IMG/VR virus record: IMGVR_UViG_2799112923_000001
Reading direction: 5' to 3' (one strand)
Length of the DNA stretch: 64,000 nucleotides
Origin: a virus
Lineage: Duplodnaviria > Heunggongvirae > Uroviricota > Caudoviricetes
The position numbers were made by a program, and so were the translations under genes. Of this stretch, positions 39,367-48,267 are shown piece after piece (position 1 is the stretch's first letter; the number at the start of each line of letters is the position of its first letter). The notes beneath the pieces are model-generated. The model saw only the letters and a program-made list of their open reading frames with translations, had not been told where the DNA came from and ran no database searches.

Positions 39367-40417
39367 GGCCGACCCAACAGTAGAACCATCTATCCAGCTC
39401 GCAAGTAATCTAAACAATTCTATCTTTCTTGCGGGTCCATGTCCACGAAAGGATTATACAAATGATTGGCGAAACAAGGCATTTGAAATTCTTGAAAAGC
39501 TGGGATTTGATGGAAATGTGATTACACCAACGAATGACCGCTTTCCTGAACTGCGTGAAAAGTTTGGTAAGGAAGCACTGCGTATTCAAACAGAATGGGA
39601 AACGATTGCGATGAAGAAGGCATCAGCCATTGTGTTCTGGGTTGATAGGCACATTGAAGCAGGTTTCCCAGCATTCACTACCAACATTGAATTTGGTGAT
39701 TGGTATAACAAGCCAGGTGTATATTGTGGTTTCCCTGATGATGCGGAAAAGAACGATTATCTTAAACTTCGTTTGGAACAAGAAAAGATTGAGTACTGGA
39801 CTGATCTTGAACAAATGCTTACTGCCGTTGTAAACAAACTCAATGGCAAGTCAAATACTTGGTTCACATCTGATACACATTTCTCCCAGCAGAGAACATT
39901 GGAACTTTCTCGCAGACCATTCATTGATGTAAATCAGATGGACCTGACGATGATTTCTAACTGGAATAAGAAAGTTACAATGAATGATATTGTGTTCCAC
40001 GCAGGGGATTTCGGTGATATTTCTACAATGAAGGATATTCTTTCTTGTTTGAATTTCAAAACTCTTTATTTTGTGTTGGGCAATTATGACCGAAAGATTA
40101 AGGACGAAGTAGAAAAGGTTGTTAGTGAATTGCCAGATCGTGAAATTATCATTTCTTCCAAGGCAGAATTTGATTACAACGATAAACATTATTATGTTGT
40201 TCACGAACCTGACGAAGGAACAGAAACTCCTGAATATCCAAAGAACATTGTTTTGTATGGGCATATTCACGGGCGCAGTTTCGCAAAACAGAATGGTTTT
40301 GATTTGGCAACAGATTACCACAATTACACCCCGATTTCTATGGAACAGGTTGCGTGGTTTGCTAATGCTATTCAGTATTGGGATAACAATGTTTTCTGTA
40401 CCAAGGCTAGTGTGTAA
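39353..40417 (+). CDS. Nucleoside 2-deoxyribosyltransferase-like domain fused to calcineurin-like metallophosphoesterase
   Basis: SIFLAGP...DWR...EWE...TTNIEFG; FTSDTHF, GDFG, GNYD, GHIHG. Confidence 0.85.
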   Translation: MKIIKADPTVEPSIQLASNLNNSIFLAGPCPRKDYTNDWRNKAFEILEKLGFDGNVITPTNDRFPELREKFGKEALRIQTEWETIAMKKASAIVFWVDRHIEAGFPAFTTNIEFGDWYNKPGVYCGFPDDAEKNDYLKLRLEQEKIEYWTDLEQMLTAVVNKLNGKSNTWFTSDTHFSQQRTLELSRRPFIDVNQMDLTMISNWNKKVTMNDIVFHAGDFGDISTMKDILSCLNFKTLYFVLGNYDRKIKDEVEKVVSELPDREIIISSKAEFDYNDKHYYVVHEPDEGTETPEYPKNIVLYGHIHGRSFAKQNGFDLATDYHNYTPISMEQVAWFANAIQYWDNNVFCTKASV

Positions 40418-40525
40418 ATAAAATTTTACAATTATTTTTCAATTACCCATTGACAAATACAGTATATAATTCTATATTATACACACAAACAGAAAACAAC
40501 AACAATCCACAAAGGAGTTAATACT

Positions 40526-40798
40526 ATGATTAATATGCTTCACGATGATTTCATTGACCAGGCCCGCCACTACATTCAGGAAATTACTGCTCTCCGTAAG
40601 AGCGGTAAGGCAGTGGAAGCAGCCAAGAAGAATCTTGAATTTGCCCAGTTCAAGGTGGGGTATTATGAACAGTTCGTTGATGAAGACGCTCCGGCATCAA
40701 ACTATTCCAAGATTTACGATGACGAATATAGCAAGGCACTTCGTGGATTGGCAGTAGCCCGAGACGAATGTATGGATTTGGGCATTTACGAAAAGTAA
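40526..40798 (+). CDS. Hypothetical protein
   Basis: Own promoter, AAGGAG RBS. Confidence 0.7.
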   Translation: MINMLHDDFIDQARHYIQEITALRKSGKAVEAAKKNLEFAQFKVGYYEQFVDEDAPASNYSKIYDDEYSKALRGLAVARDECMDLGIYEK

Positions 40799-41018
40799 AT
40801 TGCTAGACTAATACGTCTCCTGGGCGACCTTGGCACATGCTGGGGTCGCCTTAGTTGTTTTATGGGCAAATGGTATAACCACACCACTAAATCTAACTGG
40901 GGCTTGTACGTCAAATACTGGGCATCCTTGTGTAAACATTCTTTTACAATAATTTTAATCTTTTTTATTGACAACTGAGTTAAATAATGCTATATTATTA
41001 GTGTTAAAAAAAGAGGTA

Positions 41019-41264
41019 ATGAATATGTTTACAAAAGCAAATGAAATCGCAACACTCACCAAGAAGTTCAACGAAATCAATAAGCAGCAGAAGGGCTCTC
41101 GTTCCTATTGCCAAATTGTAGGATTTGAAGAATTTGATAAGAAGGAAAACGGTGCGACCTGTGCCATTCATTTCCACGAATCCATTCACGGTATGGAACG
41201 TAATAGCAAATTTGAATTTCTTGATGAAAATCATATTGTTCAGTATCTCAAGGCTCACACCTAA
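41019..41264 (+). CDS. Hypothetical protein
   Basis: GAGGT RBS after promoter. Confidence 0.65.
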   Translation: MNMFTKANEIATLTKKFNEINKQQKGSRSYCQIVGFEEFDKKENGATCAIHFHESIHGMERNSKFEFLDENHIVQYLKAHT

Positions 41265-41277
41265 TTTGGAGGCAACA

Positions 41278-41727
41278 ATGTACACAGAAATTTTCCAGAT
41301 GCTCGTTGATAATCACGCACTGATTATTGAACGAATTAACCAACACATTAATACAATGGAAAGTCTGATTAAGATAGCTGAAAATACTCTCAACAATTTC
41401 CGTTGTGGTTGTGTGGTTGCTAATTGCCCTCGTAAACCTGAAGAATTTGAATTTTACATTGACCGAGATTTGAAGTCCATCAAAGAAGCCAATAAGATTA
41501 AAGAAGATTATGTAAATGGAATAATTGAATTGTTTAAGCAGGTTAAGAATGATTACAAATTCATCGCACCTAGTCAGTGGGTGAATTATGTTTACACAGC
41601 ATCTGATGCTCTCAATTTGTACAACATTAAAACCTGCTACCAGCGTTCTTACATTGAAAAGATTGCAGCTCTCCAGACGGAAGTTTGGAACAAAACAGAA
41701 AAGTGGTTCACCATTAACAAGGAGTAA
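41278..41727 (+). CDS. Hypothetical protein
   Basis: GGAGG RBS. Confidence 0.7.
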   Translation: MYTEIFQMLVDNHALIIERINQHINTMESLIKIAENTLNNFRCGCVVANCPRKPEEFEFYIDRDLKSIKEANKIKEDYVNGIIELFKQVKNDYKFIAPSQWVNYVYTASDALNLYNIKTCYQRSYIEKIAALQTEVWNKTEKWFTINKE

Positions 41728-41731
41728 TAAT

Positions 41732-41974
41732 ATGGTATTTGAATTAGCCGCTCGTTTTGACGCAAGAAAGTCTTTCTATGGAAAGGCCCAAGTTGAAGAT
41801 ACAACAGAAGGGGTTTTTCTTTATTCCTATAATCGTAATGTAGCAAAGATTATCGGCGGTCAGCTTATTCTTTGCCCCGATTGGAATTACTCACAAACTA
41901 CTCGCAGACATGTAAAAGAATTTTGTAAGCAGTATGATGTGGAAGAACAGTACAACGAATTAAGGAGAGGTTAA
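41732..41974 (+). CDS. Small conserved phage protein
   Basis: D.RKSFYGKA.V......LYSY...VA.I...YSQTT.RHVKEF motif. Confidence 0.7.
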   Translation: MVFELAARFDARKSFYGKAQVEDTTEGVFLYSYNRNVAKIIGGQLILCPDWNYSQTTRRHVKEFCKQYDVEEQYNELRRG

Positions 41975-41975
41975 T

Positions 41976-42230
41976 ATGTTTGTAGAAATTAAGCAGCACG
42001 AAAAGCCATTAGTTTTGAACATTGACAAGATTGAAGCCATTGTTCCCATTACTGACGATTTGTTCAGGGTTCAATGTGAACGCGGTTCATACGAAGTAAA
42101 CAAGAACGCAGTTAAGATTTTGAAGCAGAAGATGGGATTGATTGGAACACAACAGAATACCCAGATTGAACAATATAACCAGTTGGTTGCTTCATTGGGA
42201 ACTAAGGGACCGCGTATTCAAAAGGCATAA
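41976..42230 (+). CDS. Hypothetical protein
   Basis: GAGG RBS. Confidence 0.65.
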   Translation: MFVEIKQHEKPLVLNIDKIEAIVPITDDLFRVQCERGSYEVNKNAVKILKQKMGLIGTQQNTQIEQYNQLVASLGTKGPRIQKA

Positions 42231-42231
42231 A

Positions 42232-42486
42232 ATGAGTGATAGAATCAAGAACTATTTGAAGAACCCGGCGAATAAGAATAAACTAATTGAAAAGTTAAAT
42301 GATTATCGCCGAGACCACCCGGAAGAAGCAAAAGATGGTCCTGGAAATGATTTTCTTTTGACTATGTTAATGCATGGTTGGATTGACGAAGACGCACCGA
42401 CACTTGCCCGTTCTATTGATAGTGTGTTGAATAAGAAACCAACGCCTGAACCAACAGAAACGAATGAAAACAACAAAGGAGTTTAA
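42232..42486 (+). CDS. Hypothetical protein
   Basis: Operon continuity. Confidence 0.6.
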   Translation: MSDRIKNYLKNPANKNKLIEKLNDYRRDHPEEAKDGPGNDFLLTMLMHGWIDEDAPTLARSIDSVLNKKPTPEPTETNENNKGV

Positions 42487-42488
42487 CT

Positions 42489-43172
42489 ATGGGATTTTGG
42501 AACCGAGATAAAGATTACAAACCTTGGGATTGGGACCCGAATAGGGATGACCCGGACAAGAACGGTCGCAACGATGAATTTCGTGAATCCGAAGAAGATA
42601 AACTTTTCCACCAGGAAAAGAGTGAATTTGAATGGAACGAAATTGAAAATCGTATTGGTCCTGAAATGATTAAGAACGGCCTGAAAGACAACAAAGAAAT
42701 TCAGGAAGAATATCAACGCCAGACCTCTGGTATGGCAACTAATCTAATGATGCTCCAGCTCACTAATTGGAAGTTCGCTCACAATAACGAAGCCGCCAAG
42801 CGAATGATTGATGTAGCAAAGAAGTTAGACCCAGATGGACATACATTTGAAAAAATGATGGACAGTTCCAAAGTTATGGAAATTCTCCGTTCTAACAGGC
42901 GTAATGATGATTCTGTGAATATGAGTGCTATGGTTGCTTTTGGTGTGGCTCTCACCGATCACTGCGTGAACAAAGATATTCAGCAGACTATCCTGCGTGA
43001 ATACGAATCACAAAAGAAGTTCTTCAGGGAAAAGGGTGAACTGGAATACACAGCATTCTTAATGGGTGTTGAAACACAAAAGTATTTCGTAGAAGAAATG
43101 TGGCTCAAAGAACAGGTCTATAAAGAAATTGATGAACTGGAAAAGACACCTGTGCCAAAAGATAATAAGTAA
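42489..43172 (+). CDS. Hypothetical protein
   Basis: 227 aa, AAGGAG RBS. Confidence 0.75.
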   Translation: MGFWNRDKDYKPWDWDPNRDDPDKNGRNDEFRESEEDKLFHQEKSEFEWNEIENRIGPEMIKNGLKDNKEIQEEYQRQTSGMATNLMMLQLTNWKFAHNNEAAKRMIDVAKKLDPDGHTFEKMMDSSKVMEILRSNRRNDDSVNMSAMVAFGVALTDHCVNKDIQQTILREYESQKKFFREKGELEYTAFLMGVETQKYFVEEMWLKEQVYKEIDELEKTPVPKDNK

Positions 43173-43245
43173 TTCCACAGTTCAAATAAAATAAAAATAT
43201 CCTTCAAGGGGTTGAAATCTTGAAGGATTTTATTATATATACAAT

Positions 43246-43323
43246 ATGATTATGAATAATACACAAATTAGATTGCCTAAACACTATTACTTAATAGCGG
43301 TTAGCGGTGATTATTTTGTGTAA
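43246..43323 (+). CDS. Putative attenuator leader peptide of tRNA cluster 2 (25 aa)
   Basis: MIMNNTQIRLPKHYYLIAVSGDYFV; 3' end pairs with terminator 5' arm. Confidence 0.65.
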   Translation: MIMNNTQIRLPKHYYLIAVSGDYFV

Positions 43324-43396
43324 ACTGTGAATGTTCATATTGTAGGAAAACAGAAACAAGATTTTCACCGCAACATAAAACTGTTGCGGTTTTTTG
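43304..43396 (+). promoter_or_regulatory. Antiterminator/terminator switch before tRNA cluster 2
   Basis: Terminator ACCGCAACA-TAAAAC-TGTTGCGGT+T run; 43304-43319 pairs 14/16 with 43356-43371. Confidence 0.7.
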
Positions 43397-43429
43397 TTTA
43401 TATATTTTTACAAAAATTATTCATATTTT

Positions 43430-43835
43430 GGTTGACAAGGGGGTAATGGATTACTATATTATAGTGTGTTAAGAGAATGGTTTGGTTCGTGAAACCAAAT
43501 AGTAGATTGAAAATTGGAATGTGTAAAAAATTTGCGTTTGTTAATACTCGCCTTGGTTGTGGTTGTGAACCACCTGCGGATAGAGATTAACAAATGTAAA
43601 TTACATTTTACAAAAAAAATTCAAAATATGGGTTGACAAACGATAAACAATTAACTATCTTTGTTCACACAAAGAAAATGATTGGTTCGTGAAATCAATT
43701 TGTAGATTGAATGATTTGGAAAATGTAAAAATAAAATTTACAAAAAAATTTACTAAAATGGGTTGACAAACAGAAAATGTTTTACTAAATTTGTGAAACA
43801 CGAATGATTGAAAATCGTTTGAGTAGATTGAAATT
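43430..43835 (+). promoter_or_regulatory. Three tandem sigma70 promoters each followed by a short repeat ending GTAGATTGAA
   Basis: GGTTGACAA at about 43430, 43631, 43762 with TA.TAT/TAAAT -10 boxes. Confidence 0.75.
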
Positions 43836-44119
43836 GTGGATTTTATAGTTCAAAACATAGGAACTGACGAAAATCGGACCCGGCTAGAATCGGGTAGATG
43901 GTATGGACCTGAAAAATTAAATTGCAGGATTTCTATGTAATCATTTGAACAAACTACAACAAACTAACAACTGACAGAAATGTTTGTTGTGGGTGTTTGA
44001 ATGGAACAAAAATTTTGAATGAAATGGTTAGATTGCAGCAGTTCTATTAAATCAACAATGTGACCCTTGTTGAGCCAATTTGTTCAAAACAAGAAGGAAC
44101 AACTTGTAAAAACCAAAAT

Positions 44120-44192
44120 GGGTTTGTAACTCAGTTGGTAGAGTAACGCACTTTTAATGCGTGAGTCGGGGGTCCGAGTCCCCCCAAGCCCA
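44120..44192 (+). tRNA. tRNA-Lys(TTT)
   Basis: ACGCA-CTTTTAA-TGCGT. Confidence 0.9.
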
Positions 44193-44292
44193 CGAACAAA
44201 CTAATGTTCCAAAAGGGAAAAAGCGGGTGGCTCATAGAGCCTAGCCACAAGATGGAAGCCCGCCCACTCAGGTGCGATTTTTGGAATGTTAC

Positions 44293-44366
44293 CGGGATGT
44301 AGTTCAATCTGGTAGAATGGTCGCTTTGGGAGCGAGTGGTTGCAGGTTCAAATCCTGTCATCCCGA
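44293..44366 (+). tRNA. tRNA-Pro(TGG)
   Basis: TCGC-TTTGGGA-GCGA. Confidence 0.9.
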
Positions 44367-44679
44367 CGAAAGGTTTAAGATTTGGAAACCGTTAACCTTT
44401 AAAAATGGGTAGGATATGATGGTAGTCCTTTTAACACTGACATCCATTAATTGTTATGTTGTTTAAATTAGGAAAGCAGGGATGCGATAACCTGCACGAT
44501 TAACCAACATCGTTAGTTCATTTGTAGTTAGAACAAATTAAACAACTGACTATGGGATATAAACTATCTTGAAGGCCAAAAGATATTATCCCCGAGTAGA
44601 TAGGCGAAACCGGTTCGTAATAAACAAGGCTCTCGCCACGATTTTAATAGTTTGTGATGATACAAACAACAGAACTTAT

Positions 44680-44763
44680 TGGTAGGTACCCGAGTGGTAG
44701 CAGGGGGGAGACTGTTAATCTCTTGTCGCAAGACCGCCGCAGGTTCGAATCCTGCCCTATCAG
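44680..44763 (+). tRNA. tRNA-Asn(GTT), Tyr-like long variable arm
   Basis: GGAGA-CTGTTAA-TCTCT, G73. Confidence 0.85.
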
Positions 44764-45105
44764 CTAAAAGAATGAATGGTTAGTAGTACAAATGAACTCA
44801 ATGTAGTAATACTGAGTGCTTAGTACACTCTCCAATAAACCGGAGAGAGATGTTAATGTGACTGTTATGGGTCATTGGTTTAACCTAACTGAGTGTTTAA
44901 CAAAATCACATTTGGTAGTAAAAGGTACAAACTACGCCTGCGCAGATGCCGGGAGTTGCCAACATCCTAAATTGGTAATGTGGTGAATGAATACAAACTA
45001 AACTGGATGATGTTGTATTCTACGAACAATATAATTACCAGTAGTCAATTATGTTGCGAGGCACTTTTTTCCATAGTATGCGTCAAAATGGAACAAATTT
45101 TATAT

Positions 45106-45190
45106 GCTAGTTTCGGATAGTGGTCAATTCCTGGAGACTGTAAATCTCCCGCCCTCTGGGCTTTCGGTGGTTCAAATCCACCAGCTAGCA
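45106..45190 (+). tRNA. tRNA-Tyr(GTA)
   Basis: GGAGA-CTGTAAA-TCTCC. Confidence 0.9.
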
Positions 45191-45226
45191 CTAATACAGA
45201 ATTTTGAAGAATGGTGATGTGAAACA

Positions 45227-45302
45227 GTCCCCATACGCAAGTGGCTAAAGCGGCTCCCTGAACGAGGGAGTGAATTCATGGGTTCAAATCCCATTGGAGA
45301 TT
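45227..45302 (+). tRNA. tRNA-like element, nominal Val(AAC) or pseudo-tRNA
   Basis: D and T arms intact; CTCCC-TGAACGA-GGGAG; mismatched acceptor. Confidence 0.5.
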
Positions 45303-45566
45303 GAAGTAGCATTGAACAAATCAGGCCTCATACGCAATTTGTTCTAACCAAACTTCATCGGGTGAATAGATGATTGAAAATCCTAGGTAATCATTCAGTC
45401 ACAATTCACCCACCGGTTTTGAAGAAAACTAAATCAACAGGTGGTGTTATACTATTAATTTGTTGTAAACATAGTTGATTCCCACCCGCCCGTCTAAAAA
45501 GATGAATGTGAAGGCCTCCGGCGATGCTCCGATAAACGCATTGTGATTTAGAACAACATTTTTTTC

Positions 45567-45640
45567 GCACCCGTGGCTCAACTGGATAGAGCAACGCACT
45601 TCTAATGCGTAGGTTGTAGGTCCGAGTCCTACCGGGTGTA
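45567..45640 (+). tRNA. tRNA-Arg(TCT)
   Basis: ACGCA-CTTCTAA-TGCGT. Confidence 0.9.
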
Positions 45641-45650
45641 CTAAATTTAC

Positions 45651-45723
45651 TGGGGTATAGCCAAGCTGGTAAGGCAGGGGCCTTTGAAGCCTTTATTCGG
45701 GAGTTCAAATCTCTCTACCCCAA
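45651..45723 (+). tRNA. tRNA-Gln(TTG)
   Basis: GGGGC-CTTTGAA-GCCTT. Confidence 0.9.
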
Positions 45724-45836
45724 CGAAATCAGTTGATGAATGCATCTCAATGTTTAGAAACACAGAACGCATGGTGGAAATCCTGCAAGCAGAAGTTGTG
45801 ACTGCGATAATAAATTAAATAACAACAAATTCTTTC

Positions 45837-45910
45837 CCATCCTTAGTTCAACTGGTTAGAGCGCGGCTCTTATAAGGCTGAAGTTCTAGGTTCAAATCCT
45901 AGAGGGTGGA
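45837..45910 (+). tRNA. tRNA-Ile(TAT)
   Basis: CGGCT-CTTATAA-GGCTG. Confidence 0.85.
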
Positions 45911-45944
45911 CTACCGCTTTTCGCCATAGTACGGGTCAAAATGG

Positions 45945-46445
45945 CAAAATGTGAAAGTAGTTCAAAAGCGATTAGCACCACGCAAATACAAGGTTTGTAT
46001 TGGATGCAAGTTTGACAAGCGTTTCGCTAGTGGTAAGAACGAGTTGCTTCCGAAGATTGGCAGAATCAGCTATGTAAGGCTGTTTAGGAAGTGTAAAATG
46101 CAAGTGTTATGTAGTACACGGACCACGCAAGGTAAATGACCTTATGCTATGCCCACGATAGTCTTTCACTCACAAAGTAGATATATGTGAAAAATACCAA
46201 GTGGTTTACCAATTTGCCTCTATCTACAAAATTGGAAAATCTTTAATGGTTATAGACGAAACTGACCAATGTAAAATAGTTATATGCTCCTTGATAAAGT
46301 GGAATTTATTTTGGATAAAGTATATTATAAAATCTATTTGAATAATACAATAGTTAGACGTTTAGCAGTGAAAAGTTAGACAGAGTAATGATGGCTCGTT
46401 AAGCCCTATCCGAGGGTGTAGTTGAATGGCACACTGGTAAGAACA
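45945..46445 (+). ncRNA. Candidate large structured ncRNA
   Basis: About 500 nt without a credible ORF between tRNAs, many short helices. Confidence 0.35.
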
Positions 46446-46479
46446 AAAACTAAATGAACTAAACAAAACATCATACTAT

Positions 46480-46563
46480 GGCCTGGTGATGAAATTGGTA
46501 AACATAGGGGACTTAAAATCCCCCGGTGGTAACACCTTGTGGGTTCAAGTCCCACCTTGGCTA
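46480..46563 (+). tRNA. tRNA-Leu(TAA)
   Basis: GGGGA-CTTAAAA-TCCCC. Confidence 0.9.
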
Positions 46564-46591
46564 CGAACAAAATAATTGGAGATTATTAACT

Positions 46592-46801
46592 ATGATTAAT
46601 ACTGGTTGGGTTCCAGGTTATCTACAAACTACTGGCAGAATGTTACATGAGAGTGGCAAACGCGGTGGTGGTTGTGGTGGACCGAAGAAAGACGATGACG
46701 ATGATGACGAAGATATTAGCATTGTAAAGATTTTACTTTTTTTGTTATTATTCTTTGGTATTGTTGGATTATTCTTTTTCTTGCTTTGTGTTATGTTTTA
46801 A
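46592..46801 (+). CDS. Small membrane protein within tRNA cluster
   Basis: GGAG RBS; poly-D then C-terminal TM. Confidence 0.6.
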   Translation: MINTGWVPGYLQTTGRMLHESGKRGGGCGGPKKDDDDDDEDISIVKILLFLLLFFGIVGLFFFLLCVMF

Positions 46802-46917
46802 TTGTGAAGTTTAGCAAAAACAAAATTCATAAATAAACCATTGACAAACATAAAACAAAAAACTATAATTGAATATGTAAACGATACGAATTTAGACGGA
46901 TAGTCAATTTCTTTCGG

Positions 46918-46991
46918 GCCTCATTGATGTAGTGTTAGCATGAAATGTTTCCGACCTTTTCGCCTGAGTTAGATTCTCAGATGAGGCTCCA
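46918..46991 (+). tRNA. Atypical tRNA-Gly(TCC)
   Basis: GCCTCAT/ATGAGGC-T-CCA; no D-loop GG; T loop TTAGATT. Confidence 0.55.
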
Positions 46992-47094
46992 AAAAGAAAA
47001 AAGAATTTTGGTTTCCAATTTTTCCTTAAAAATTGGTGGTGGTCGCTTGGAATTTTGTTAGTTTATCCATGACCAAAACAAAACTAACAACCAT

Positions 47095-47179
47095 CCTCCG
47101 ATGGCGGAACTTGGTAGACGCGCTGGACTCAAAATCCAGTTCTCGCAAGAGAGTGTGAGTTCAATTCTCACTTGGAGGA
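47095..47179 (+). tRNA. tRNA-Leu(CAA)
   Basis: CTGGA-CTCAAAA-TCCAG. Confidence 0.9.
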
Positions 47180-47399
47180 CTAATACCAAAGTAAAATAGA
47201 GAACTGTGATTTAAAAGTATCAGGTAGTTTGTAGTACTGACCTTAACAAAAACTAGGAAATTTGAAGAGTCATTGGCTTAACCAATGTGGAGCGATACCC
47301 CTGATAAGGGTTCCCGCAAGCTGTGTAGTGCTTTGAACTACACACAAATTTAGAAGGAGAAAATGGTTTGTTAATTTACCACAAATAAATTAACACCAT

Positions 47400-47472
47400 G
47401 CCTGGTTAGCACAGCTGGTAGTGCAGCGGCTTTGTAATCCGCAGGTCGGGGGTTCGGGTCCCTCACCAGGCG
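47400..47472 (+). tRNA. tRNA-Thr(TGT)
   Basis: GCGG-CTTTGTAAT-CCGC. Confidence 0.85.
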
Positions 47473-47485
47473 TAATAAATAAACA

Positions 47486-48100
47486 GATTGAGAAATCAAT
47501 CAAGCGAAATCTTTAGCCTAATACAAATCTAATCTGGTTTGAAGGCACTATGGATGCACTGAAAAGGTGTTTGAAGTAGGTATGAGATAATCGCAAAAAC
47601 ATAGGGTAAACTGCGTAACTATTAGTTAGAGGTTTATATGTTTGTGGAATTTTGAGATACCCAGGGTTCCACAGGCTACGAAACAGATGTGGCGTCTGAG
47701 TTCAAATATAAGTCGCTAAAGCCGAAATAGTGAGAGTTTTATCGGATGACAGATATGCTATTTTTGGCACAGATTGCCGATATGTGTGTAAATCCACACC
47801 AGTGACTTGTAGCATTGAAAGGGGTAGCTGCCGAGTAAATGTGTTGCTGTGACCTAATAATGTTTGGTTATTTCATTAAAGGTAAACCCCAGTCCTTTAA
47901 GTTTCGTTTTATTGATTTTTCAATCTTGAACAAGATAATCCAGGAAACGGAGGTTTGTTATCTCATAGCGACGCACTGCTATCTGTAAGATAATGAGCGG
48001 GCACGAAATGGAAGCGCTGACACTCTAAGCTCTGTTAGACATGGACTGATAATTAATATATCTTGTTAGGGTACCTAAATGTCCGAGAGTACCTGCCATT
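47486..48100 (+). ncRNA. Candidate large ornate ncRNA (ROOL/GOLLD-like context)
   Basis: 47486-47508 pairs with 47902-47925; 47581-47590 pairs with 47958-47967; no ORF. Confidence 0.55.
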
Positions 48101-48193
48101 TAAACAAAAACATACTTGGTTGTCCTACGAACCTTCACGATTTTTGAAATCGTAAAGGAATGAGAGTTTGTATGTTCTCTCATAAGATTTTAT

Positions 48194-48267
48194 CGCGGGG
48201 TGTAAGCAGTTGGTAGCTGGCAAGGCCCATAACCTTGAGGTCGCGGGTTCAAGTCCCGCCCCCGCTA
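48194..48267 (+). tRNA. Initiator tRNA-fMet(CAT)
   Basis: CGCGGGG acceptor with C1 mismatch; CAAGG-CCCATAA-CCTTG. Confidence 0.85.

Noticed and set aside
43856-43940. Hammerhead ribozyme (CTGACGA)
   Set aside because: No correctly placed GAAA and stem III
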